A DNA stretch of 20,000 bases from Cirrosporium novae-zelandiae (lineage: Eukaryota): assembly GCA_026023565.1 (NCBI GenBank), contig JAPETS010000036.1:304614-324613 (forward strand), given 5' to 3'. Each line of letters opens with the position of its first letter. Within the stretch, counting starts at the first letter, position 1. The translations under genes and the position numbers were made by a program. The notes under the pieces were generated by a model, which worked only from the letters and a program-made list of their open reading frames with translations, searched no databases and had not been told where the DNA came from. Positions 9,838 through 19,926 of this stretch are shown here, piece after piece.

Positions 9838-11000
9838 TTAAACCTTAGCTCCATGTTTCTCATTGCAGAGAACAATCCGATATCTGGCCTTGCCCTCCTC
9901 CATCTCCACGATAGCTTGGTTGGCCTCTTTCATTGGTTTCTTGTTGACCCAGGTGTGAACTCCTTTCTTTGCAGCCAGGTCCAACATTCTCTTGATTTGC
10001 TCAGGGCTACCGATAATGGATCCTCCGATAGAGATACCCTTCAGAATAAGTTGGAACACACTGAAGGCCGGAATAAGATCCTCAGGAGCTCCCACTTGAA
10101 TGAACTTCCCTCCTGTATCCAACAAGGAGAGGTATTCTGAAAATGGCATCTTGGGCGAAGAAACAGTGCAGACGATCAGATCGAGCGAGCCAGCATGTTT
10201 CTTGAACCAGTCAGCATCCTCAGAGGTGGCAATGTACTCATCAGCACCCATTTCCAGGACATCTTTTCTCTTATCAGATCTCCGAGAAATACCAACAACT
10301 TTGTCGGCACCCAGGGCTTTGGCAAACATAACACCGAAATGTCCCAAGCCACCCACACCGATGATTCCCACGCGCTTTCCTGGTCCACACCCGTTTTTCT
10401 CGAGAGGCGCGTAAACAGTGACACCCCCGCAAAGCATGGGAGCTGCTTCCTCTGAAGGGATAGCATCAGGGATCTTGAACACAAAGTGTGATGGAACACG
10501 AGCGTAATCGGCGTATCCACCATAGGAAACGCTTCCATCCGGGTACTTGCTGGCGTATGTGTTGACCCTGTGAGAACAATATTGTTCCACCCCAGCGCTA
10601 CATTCTTCGCAGTCTGGTTTCAAGCAGGAATTTGACTGGGCACCAACACCGACACGGTCTCCAACCCTACAAAGGAACAATAATTAGTAATGAGGATTTG
10701 GAACGAAAGAACCAACAGGGATAAACAAACTCACTTGATCCCATTGTCAGCTTTGCTTCCAACTCTAACAGCCGTGCCAACGATCTCATGGCCAACACAG
10801 CATGGGTATATGGTAGGACCCCATCCGGATTGAAGAGTATGAATATCAGAGCCACAAATACCGCAGTGGGTAATCTTGATATCGACATCATGTTCCTCGT
10901 CGAATGGCTTTGGAGTGTAACTTTGCCAGACCATCTTGCCTTTGACGCACTCCTTGTCAAGGCCCATCCAGCCTTGGAAGGTGTAGTCTTCAGTAGCCAT
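9838..11000 (-). CDS. NADP-dependent zinc medium-chain alcohol dehydrogenase (cinnamyl-ADH / yeast ADH6-ADH7-like), 364 aa
   Basis: Exons 11000-10735 and 10666-9838; intron 10734-10667 (GTGAGT..ACTAAT..TAG) joins GIK|VGDRVGVG. Catalytic Zn ligands CGICGSDIH, GHE, APMLCGG; structural Zn CLKPDCEEC-x7-C; Rossmann GVGGLG with SRR (NADP preference); C-terminal ARYRIVL. Confidence 0.95.
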
Positions 11001-11001
11001 G

Positions 11002-11003
<2 letters not shown>

Positions 11004-11066
<63 letters not shown>

Positions 11067-11103
11067 GGATTGATGGATTGATGGATTGATTGATTGATTG
11101 ATT
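11004..11103. repeat. 100-bp (GATT)25 microsatellite with three GATG variant units, directly upstream of the ADH start codon
   Basis: 15 perfect GATT, alternating GATG/GATT at 11064-11083, then 5 GATT. It ends 3 nt from the ATG at 11000. Confidence 0.95.
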
Positions 11104-11195
11104 ATTCTTGTGGGGGTAGTAGGGAATAGCTATTGAGCAAAGAAATGAAACTTGAATTGGATGAAAGATAGAACAGACAGAGGCATAGGAAGGTC

Positions 11196-11201
11196 TTTAT
11201 A
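11196..11201 (-). promoter_or_regulatory. Putative TATA box of the ADH gene
   Basis: TATAAA on the minus strand about 195 nt upstream of the ATG, followed by a pyrimidine-rich stretch on the coding strand. Confidence 0.35.
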
Positions 11202-12229
11202 TCTTCTCAATCGAAGAACCCAAGGTCAGTTTCTACAGATGCTCACCAATCCATCATGTCAATCAAAGCCAATATATGGACAAGGTACAATAAAACTCAC
11301 TCCTTTACCTACCTACACTCCCCCAACCAACCACAACTCCCCCTGTCGAAGTTTCTAGGATAGACCATATCTATCCATCCATGGAGACCTTCGGAATCAT
11401 CTCTGCCAAAGTCCTAATTCCGCGACCAGGACTTGTTCAGTTCATGATACCCACAATACATGTCATGAAACAGAGCTTTACCATCTGACACAACAACGAT
11501 AAAATAAAGCGGGGACATTAATGATTGTTTCGAGTGGCTTGTATCCGACTTAGAGTGAAATGGCACGAGCAATTCTGTGGATCGTGACCAGCAGATAGTA
11601 ATTGATACCTTTTTTTTTTTGGTTCGGTCGATGATACCAGCTTGGTATTAATGGTACCTTTTTCTTTCATTACGTTACATCAAAAACTCAAGAATACCGC
11701 CCCACATGATGATATGCACATATGTCTTTGTACAAAATATGGAATTAATGAAAATTATATAAACATGCAGAGTAAATACGTATAGTTAGTCTATCAAACA
11801 TGCAGGCTTCATAAAAAAAATACAAAAGTCTAAACAACCCGGTAGATGCTGTGCCGGTTTGCCGTAGCAGCATGATATCATCTAACCACCCCATGATCCC
11901 CAAATGGGGCCAAAGGCTGAAGAAAAAAAAAACTTACTAATGGGAAAACGACTTGATGGGGGTATTTAACTTGTACAAGGATTAGTGTGAACTTCTCGGG
12001 TATTATTAGTGAACAAAGACCATCATTATTAAGGTAGGTAAGGTAAGGTAATATTAAGTTTGAAAACCTACACGATATCCGAGAGGTTATTGTTGGGTGA
12101 TGATGAGATATGGATGCAAACAATTAGATATCGACTGTGTGTAATTATCGGAAAACTATCATCCTTATTGTCAGCCAGTTGCATACTCGAGTATAACTAA
12201 CTGTTTAAGTAGCGGACTAAAAAAACTGC

Positions 12230-12251
12230 CGGTAGTTATCGGCCAATCCGG
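12230..12251 (+). promoter_or_regulatory. CGG-N7-CGG-CCAAT-C-CGG element in the ADH/TOM6 divergent intergenic region
   Basis: Sequence CGGtagttatCGGCCAATcCGG about 310 nt upstream of the TOM6 ATG. CGG triplets are typical Zn2Cys6 half-sites; CCAAT is the Hap/CBC site. Confidence 0.3.
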
Positions 12252-12558
12252 AGGAACAATTCCTCCATCTAATTACTTAGTAACTCCGCTTTCACGCTAA
12301 ACCCCATTCTGATCCGCCTACCCTTCTTCGAAAAAAAACCCCATATCCGGACGTTCTAGCTTGAACTTGCTTGCAGTTACAACATACCTATCTACACCTA
12401 CCTAGCTACAGTACAACCAACTCCTCCGACCAAGAAGAACCAGAGACTCAATTCACCCACCCACTCACTCACAAATTCACAAAACCAATCCTTCCTACTC
12501 CTCCACAACCTCTATACCAACCTCCCAAACCTCACAAAACCCACCATAGCAGAACAAT

Positions 12559-13029
12559 ATGCCATCCAAACGCCTCATGCCCACCGGTACCGGCCCCAAT
12601 GGTCGCACGCTCCGAAGCCAAACCCTCGTGGGCTCTGTCTACCAAACCGTCACAGCCGCTGAGAACCGATCTGTTCTTAAAAGTGTGGCTATATTTGGGG
12701 TGAGTTGTGCCTTTTTTTATTTGTGTTTTTTTTGGGAGGAAAAGGGGGGTAGAAGATGAAAAGGAGCAGGAGGAGTGAGAGAGAGAAAGATATGAGGTAG
12801 AATGGGGGGAGAGTATAGTATTGGGGAGGGTATGGTATTATGCCAAATCCCTCACGCACGCATGCACGCACTCTTAACGGATTTGAAATCCAGGATAAGC
12901 ATAGGATGGGAATCTCCACATCTATCGAAAAGTTGCGGTAGACCATCTAAGCTAACTTCTCTTGGCTCGAAATTATAGGCAGCAGTCGCATTTTTAAGCA
13001 GCAGCTGGAGAGACGTCTTGGCGGTATAA
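12559..13029 (+). CDS. TOM6: Mitochondrial outer-membrane translocase subunit Tom6, 63 aa
   Basis: Exons 12559-12699 and 12979-13029; intron 12700-12978 (GTGAGT..GCTAAC..TAG, 279 nt). Spliced product MPSKRLMPTGTGPNGRTLRSQTLVGSVYQTVTAAENRSVLKSVAIFG|AAVAFLSSSWRDVLAV* matches the filamentous-fungal Tom6 pattern I recall (Y..LT..EN.SV..S.A.FG.AVAFL.SSW), with a tail-anchor TM segment. Confidence 0.9.
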
Positions 13030-14484
13030 ATAAAAGATCTGCCAGAAATTCCCACCCCAAAAAAAGGAAGAATAGAAGGAAGGAAGGAAGGAAGCGAACC
13101 TAAATTATCTTATCTTGTCTACCCTAGCTACGCTACCGTGAAGGAAGATGGTTTTCCTCTTGAGTTGGTGTTGGTAGGAGGCCTTGGCGCACCGGCTTAG
13201 ATGGATGGGAACCTTCCATTACGGCTTTTACTTCACTTTACCTTTTTCATGAACGATTATTTTATGTTTTGATGTTGATGTATATGGTGTGACCCTGACC
13301 GTGATCTGAGGGAGATATGGTGGTAGAGTAGGGGCGGAGATAGAAGGATAGAAGATGATCGGGAATGAGATGGATAGATGTATGGATAGATGGAGAGAGA
13401 GGGGGGGGTATGATTTGTATGTTGTATGATAGATACGACGTTCGTCATTTGTGCTGTGTGTGCTTGTATCGGGCTTCCCACTATACTATACATACATACT
13501 GAGTACATTATCTTTTGATCTTTGAGGGAACGAATAAATCAAAAAAAATTTTCAAAAAACATTACATTTATACTCATTTCTTCTTCCCCTCTGCCACAAA
13601 GGAGGAGAGTGGGAAAGGCCAGCTTTCAGTCTTGTATGATACTGAGATACTACTACTATTGAGATACTACTACTCTACGCGCCACCAACGCACCTGTGCC
13701 GCTACCTACACTATCAGAGCTCAATCCTTGGCACCCTCCCTCATTAACGAATTTTTTTTTTTTTTTTTGCCAAATATATGTTTTTGATTGATAGCTATGG
13801 TTATGCTAGTTAAATTCACTACACAAACCCCCCCCCCCCTATGAAACTAGAAAAATGAAGAAATAAAGAAATAAAAAACAAACCCCCAGGTATATCATCT
13901 AAATCCATCCAAATCCATGCATTCATTCATCCCTCCAAATAATTAACTTTTTATTCATCCATCTATATTAATAATATAGCTATATCCACTTTGAAATTTT
14001 CAGTTTTTTTTTGTGTCTTTCTCATTCGACTTTGTTCGTTCATATATAATCCCCTCTCTTTTTGATTGCCCTTGGAAACTCCATATTCGTGGGTGTGTGT
14101 CTTCTTCTTCTTTGCCTCGATGCATGTGGTGTGGTGGTATATACCAAAAAACTGATGCGTCTTGATAGATATGCACTCAAATTCATAGAAAAACATTTCA
14201 TCTCCGCGTGTCTTTGTCTCTTGAATCGAACTGGGTAATTCGTTTGGAAAAGGGAGTGCGGAAAAAAGAATGTCCAAAAAAAAAACTCTAGCGCTTATCC
14301 ATATACGTTTATATCCAACACGTAATGCTGAAAATATCACTTATGCATGGGATTTGAGATGCCTTCATCATTCAAGACTGAAGTGTAGAGAAGGGAGATG
14401 ACTTTTTGTGAAAACGGTATGATTTTTAAGGGCTGCTTATCGTTTTGGTGACAAGCATATTTGCGTTGGTCCGGGAATTAGCCG

Positions 14485-16438
14485 CTAAAGATCTCCGAAT
14501 CCTGCGCCGGGCATCAAGCTCTCCGTGGCTCCATCCGCCTCCTCTTCCAATAGCTCCCTCTTCATGTTGCGGCTTTTGTGCCACACATAGCTACACAGCA
14601 GCAAGCCCACCAACAGCGCCAGCACACATAGGAGAATATTTGCAGGTCTGGGATCTCCTCTGAATGCTTTGTGTGTCATTGCATCCAACGCGCTCTGGCT
14701 GAAGTTGAAGAAGCCTGACAAACAAATGATGAGACCATAGACTTTGCCAAAAGTGGCGAAGCCGAAAACTTTAGAAGCGTAATCGGATACGGTCGTGTAG
14801 TAGAATGGGCGGTAGAGCACGAAGAGGATGATGTTGCAATAGGCTGCTCCGGTTGTGCCTATGATTCCGAGGATGCCAATTAAGGTGGCGAAGAAGACAA
14901 GGACGGCCAGGACAAAAGGCGTGGATGTGTGGTCAAGAACAAGACCGATCATTGGAATTGCGACTAGACCCCCCACGGGAAGGGCAACATCGAATATCTC
15001 GTTGATGCGTTTGGCATCTTCATATGAGTGAAGGAGGTAAGTATACTGGGGTCGAATCGTTGCCACGAAATAGTTGTTACGCGTCATTTGCACCATAGTA
15101 AAGAGTGTAACGAGCCAGAACCATGGAGTCCATATTTGTTGAATTGCGGTACGTCCGTGAAGCGCTCCCCAAACACCCGAAATGGTGTTCTTATGGGCCT
15201 CTTTTCGAACATGCACATCACCACCCTTGGGTCCAAGAAGAGATGTAATTTCAGAGACAATTGATTCTCGACGTTCACGACGAGCGTCACGCATGTGTAA
15301 TCGGGCAGACGTATCAGACATGTCCTCATCCGACTCGTGTTCGTCAAATGCTGAGTCTTCGGCTTGCTTGACGAGCTCGCCCATTGTTTTGTAAGAGTGT
15401 TTGGGCATTAGGAAGATTTGGGCTACGAAGATAAATACAGGGACAATTAAGTAGGCCAAGAAGAATTTCTGGATATTGAACGCTCCACGCGTATGCTCGA
15501 AAACAAGCCGGAAAACCAGAAATAGGGCCGAAGACGAATCGAAGGCACCAGTCAAGATGGCGAGTATTAGGCCGCTGTGGGTGGGAAATGCATTGGAAAG
15601 CTGGAAAGTGGATATAAAAACGAAGGGACCTCCAAGAGCCAAGAAGAAGTATCCTGGGATATATCCATCGAATGGAAACTGCCCTGCAAATGCGAAAAGA
15701 GCTGCGCCGATAGCAATAGCGACAGACCCGATGAGTCCACTCACTCGGGGCCCATATCGATCGAGTATTGTGCCTACAGGAAGGGCACAAACATTTGTAG
15801 CAACAGCAGCAACCGTGAACATGCTGTGGTTCGTAGTTAAGTATGTTAGCATCAGGCCTTTGTATCCATCTATAGCAGCTAGAAATAGGTCAAAGCGTAC
15901 AAATTCAATCTACGAAAGGTCGGGTCAGCCGAAAAGTCGGGCGATATTTAATCACAGAGCATATATACCGTATCTCCTGCTCGTAGCATGCCCCTGGGCT
16001 CACCAAGTGATCCATCACTTGCGCACCCGGACATCTATCATGGTAGACGCCTTCCTTGACCAAAACTGGCTTGAGCGCTGCATATCCAAAGACAGGTCCT
16101 GCGGCAGGTATGCCTGGAAGACCATCAGTATTTCGCACTTGGGCCTCGACAAGGTTATATAGGAATGGGCAAGGGCCATACAATATATCACGGCAACAAT
16201 GATTTGCACTAGAAGACATTTCGATGATTAGCAATATGGTCGCAGAATACCAATGGTAAGTAAACTCACACAACCGCTTTGTCTTTGGGACTTCGAAGGC
16301 TCCGACCGGTTCTTCATGAGCAGCTGGAGGAACCCAAGTCTCAACGGGGTTGAAACTCATCTTGCGCGGTTCGCGGGAAGGGCTAATGCCTCTGGCATGT
16401 TCATAAGACTCCATTGATGCGACACGACTCAAAGACAT
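14485..16438 (-). CDS. FMP42: MFS transporter, Fmp42 / SLC43 (LAT3-like) family, about 562 aa
   Basis: Exons 16438-16270, 16208-16182 (27 nt), 16113-15969, 15909-15901 (9 nt), 15823-14485. All four introns are GT..AG with branch points; total 1689 nt, in frame. Motifs AAGPVFGYAALKPVL, CYEQEIRLNFMF, MFS motif A GTILDRYGPR, TGAFDSSS, FGFATFGKVYG; about 12 hydrophobic segments. Confidence 0.9.
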
Positions 16439-17312
16439 GGTGAAGAGAAGACTCGCAGAATGCGAGAAAAGTCTTATGTAGGTGTGCAGACCGGTTGTCA
16501 ACAGTATTGGAGTATTTGAGTTCTTGATTACCGAAAGCTGAATGGCTTGGAGCAAATGGAACCCCGCAAGTCCGAGAACGACTGACGGAGATGATCCGCC
16601 GGCAGAACCTTGTATGACAGTGAACAGCTCAAATTTCAATCATCTTTGGACGACAGCAATATTGCTGTCATGGAGAAGAGGTGGATATCATCGGTTGAGA
16701 AGTCGTGACGGAGCTCCCGAGATAAATGGAGAAGTCTGCCGAGAGATAATTGGTCTCTAGAGAGCTCATCCTGGACAGTGAATCTCGATTTGATTATCTT
16801 TGCAAGGTCCTTGATTGTCCTATCTCCAAAGATATGTACCTAGGTTACACCTATCCAGGGAATCCCTTGACCAGTAAAAACGTAAAAGTTTAACCAGAAC
16901 CTGCTGTGGACGAACGAGAAACTGAGACAATATCATTCTACGAGTACAAGCTCCCCCCTTCACCGATCAAATCGCACCAATAAATCGAGGTAATCATTCA
17001 TTGCTATTTTTATATAGTCTACCAATGTCGCCATCAAATTTATCACTCTTTGCGTTACCTATACCTGCCTAATGCAAATGCAACTGTAGAAAAAGAAACT
17101 CGTTACTTTCCATCATTGTTTTCGATATTCCTACAATCTTCCTGCCTGTTCCCTCTCCCAAAACTCCCATGTGTATCCGATAAGCCATATCCGATAAAGC
17201 AGAGCACGTAGGACAAGTAAATATTGATGGACAAGTAAAGGAGCAAGGGGTCATTTACAGAAGCCTATTCGGTATTCGAGACATCGTAGTGTCAAGGCGA
17301 CAGGGCATCTTA

Positions 17313-18842
17313 TCAATTGGGATGCTTTGGCTTTCGGGCGTAAACAACCGAGCTACACCAATAACTATGTTAGCGGATAGTCACCTATAAACACAGAAGA
17401 GGAACCGTCCTTATGAGTAGGAGATGATGAAAACTTACATTTCTTGGTAGGCCCTTGTAGTTGAAGTCCTATTTAGCTGTCTCTCAAGTTCTTTCATCGT
17501 TTCCTTAATGAATGCTTGAACTCGTTCATAGGTCCACTGTAGAACGTCAGATTATAAACTCATCATAGGTTGCTAAGACCTGGAAGACTGAACTTACTCC
17601 AAGCCGCCTTGTGCACATAGCCATTAGCCAACCTTCCATCCCTTCTTGCCACGATCGGACATTCCATTCTCCAATATCTCTCGCTTTCGGGTCACTGGAC
17701 CATGGACCGATCGGCCATTTAAATCGGTGTTCCTTGATGTCCTTGAATCCAACTGCTTTGATGGAATCCTTGACCATATCTACAACAAAGAAATGCATTC
17801 CGGTAGACTCTTCCACCACCGATGTTAGTTCACCCCAACGGCGGAAGATGTCGTCTGGCGGTACTTCGTCATTTTCAATCCAAGGAATTGTGGATATTTC
17901 TGCATGTTCAACGTATCCCCCAGGCTTGAGATGGCTGTATTCGTTAGAGAGCCAACACAAACTGGGTTGTTCAAACGCACCGAAAGCATTGCTTGTGAAA
18001 CCGAGGCCAGTCATCAATACTACCAAACAACCCTCGAACGTGAATAAAATCAAAATGATTCTCTGGGTATGTCCATTCGCTCATGGCATCATCAGTCTCG
18101 AAGTGGAGGTTTGGGGCTGGGAAAGCTATCTGTGTTGGCGAAAGATCGGTGCCTGGTCAAAAGACTTGGTTATTTTCGTGAACCCTGCGTGAAAATCTCC
18201 GAATAAAAACATACCAAGAACTTCCGCAGACGGATAACGATCGGCAAAATTCCTGTGGCAGTCATAAATATGAATACATTTCAAGTCAGCTAACCAACTT
18301 ACTCTGCCCATAAACCTATGCCGGTCCCAACATCCAGGACATATCGTGGCTCTCTTACTGGAGCTAGGAAGAGCTCATCGTCCAAGGTCATGAGCCAGAT
18401 GTGATGACTTGTCAGGAATCAGCATAACTGAACCATCTTCTGGCAATTTTTAGGTCTTAATGAAACAGAATGCAACATACACTATTTCTTCATGGCTTTT
18501 TTGCTTCTCGTCGTTTGGGCCCCAGTATTGACCCTCTCCTATAATTATCTTAGCAAATATGAAACCAGTTGTATTCTTGAAGCGTACGGTAGGCGTGATA
18601 TCTCCGACCATTCTCGTAACGATAGGCGGTCACACTTGACCCTATAGTTTGCCCTCTCGATCATGTTAGATTTGTGATTTGAAGGTAGAAAGCTAATCCG
18701 GAAGCTCACGTATCGGTTGTTATAGTAGAAGCATCATCATCATCACGATTACAGTAGTCCTGGATCACAAATTAGTCACCATAACCGAAAATATCCAAAC
18801 AAACATACATACATGAGGGTAATATGCGACTCTGGGGTCCAT
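17313..18842 (-). CDS. LaeA-like class I SAM-dependent methyltransferase, 10 exons, about 331 aa
   Basis: Exons 18842-18813, 18759-18710, 18655-18588, 18538-18481, 18407-18303, 18252-18215, 18152-17981, 17934-17598, 17536-17439, 17352-17313; total 996 nt, in frame. Motifs YRYENGRRYHAYR, YWGPNDEKQ, LFLAP, VLDVGTGIGLWA, GTDLSP, FDFIHVR, LKPGGYVE, WPIGPW, VVYARKP. Exons 1-2 are less certain than the rest. Confidence 0.88.
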
Positions 18843-19826
18843 TCTCAAATTATTGCAGAGAAACACAACAGTTCTTTTTTCAAGATGGTAGGATAATGCC
18901 TGGGAAGCGTGCGCAACGAAAACGAGTGGTCCTGCGCATTCAGAACAAGATTTCAAAGGATGTTTTATGGGAGTCGCATTTGCAGTTTCAATAGCGTTCC
19001 AGTGTAAATCAAGTTGAAGAACGGACGGAAATGGGACGAGGATCCTAAAAGGTATCTCATGGAGGTCTAGGGGGGATATGGGGATTTAAAGTCATCTCGA
19101 GTTATTATAGCCTCGGCGTCTATAAGCGGCCAAAGAGACCAAGTTGTTGTTGGGCGGCGCGCGCAGACGAGAATCTTTGGCGATCAGCGTGGTGTGAGAA
19201 AGAGTGCCTACCACCTACATTTGGACTACTTCGCATCAGGTAGGTAGTTACATGACGCCAACGAGGGTCAGTAACGCACCAGCAGAACAAGCAGCGGGGA
19301 TTTGGGAAACTTGCCAGGGGTCTGTCTGTTGGTGGTTTTTCTTTTTTTTTTCTTTTCTTGTTGTTAGGGCCATTGGGGTTAGTGAACTACTCCGACTTGG
19401 TAGTTGTACCGAGAGAAGCCTTTTACTAGTCTATGTCTGTACCTATGAACTACCTAGTTATTCCTGTCTGCCTTGTTTGTATTTATTCTTCACGATTAAG
19501 ATTGTGGAAGATGAAGATGGGAGTTTTTCGGAGATTCTCCATAAGTGAGAATAAATAGATATATAGCCGTTGGGACATGATAAGATAATAAATCCACAGC
19601 GAGCAAAAGTAACAGAACAGTACCACAGTAATAGTAAAAGTCACATGGAATAAATAGATGGGGCGGATATAATTAATTAAGACTAGGGAAAGAAAAGAGA
19701 AGGAAGGATTCTGACGGTTGCTTGATGCTTTCATTCCTCAATGGTTCAATCAATCTCTTCATCTTTCCCGGATTCCCGTAGGCTCGGTTTGGGTTGGAAA
19801 GAGTTAACCGAAGAGCGCCAAAGTGT

Positions 19827-19926
19827 CACCAACGGCCACCAACGGCCACCAAAGGCCACCAAAGGCCACCAAAGGCCACCAAAAACCACCAAAAACCATC
19901 AAAACCCACCAAAACCCACCAAGGAA
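19827..19926. repeat. 10-bp-unit degenerate minisatellite (CACCAA-NNNC), about 10 copies
   Basis: Units in order: CACCAACGGC x2, CACCAAAGGC x3, CACCAAAAAC x2, CATCAAAACC, CACCAAAACC, CACCAAGGAA. Confidence 0.88.

Noticed and set aside
12700..12978. Intronic snoRNA in the long TOM6 intron
   Set aside because: No box C (RUGAUGA) / box D (CUGA) pair or convincing H/ACA hairpins seen by eye. An Rfam/Infernal scan would settle it.
13024..13127. Additional TOM6 intron (GTATAA...CTAG) giving a longer C-terminus
   Set aside because: Weak donor and branch point. The unspliced stop already gives a Tom6 of normal length.
13030..14484. Transposon relic, RIP-mutated repeat or hidden gene in the AT-rich TOM6-MFS spacer
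   Set aside because: No terminal repeats, transposase/RT remnants or coherent exon chain. The ORFs are low-complexity products of homopolymer runs.
15476..16162. 228-aa antisense ORF and other short antisense or alternate-frame ORFs over the main genes
   Set aside because: They are shadows of real coding sequence, with no motifs and mostly non-ATG starts.
17353..17438. Recursive or stwintron-like splicing at an internal TAG|GTGACT in the last methyltransferase intron
   Set aside because: The downstream piece would be only 32 nt, shorter than any intron here, and the upstream piece lacks a clear branch point.
6313..18842. Secondary-metabolite gene cluster (Zn2Cys6 factor + dehydrogenase + MFS + methyltransferase)
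   Set aside because: No PKS, NRPS, terpene cyclase or DMATS in the window. The genes are interleaved with housekeeping TOM6 and resemble broadly conserved families.
19204..19734. Short ORFs and a possible intron (GTAGGT near 19240) upstream of the methyltransferase
   Set aside because: No recognisable protein features or consistent spliced frame; cannot be supported without transcript data.
19827..19926. CRISPR array or telomeric repeat
   Set aside because: Units are 10 bp with no unique spacers, the context is eukaryotic, and the unit is not TTAGGG-like.
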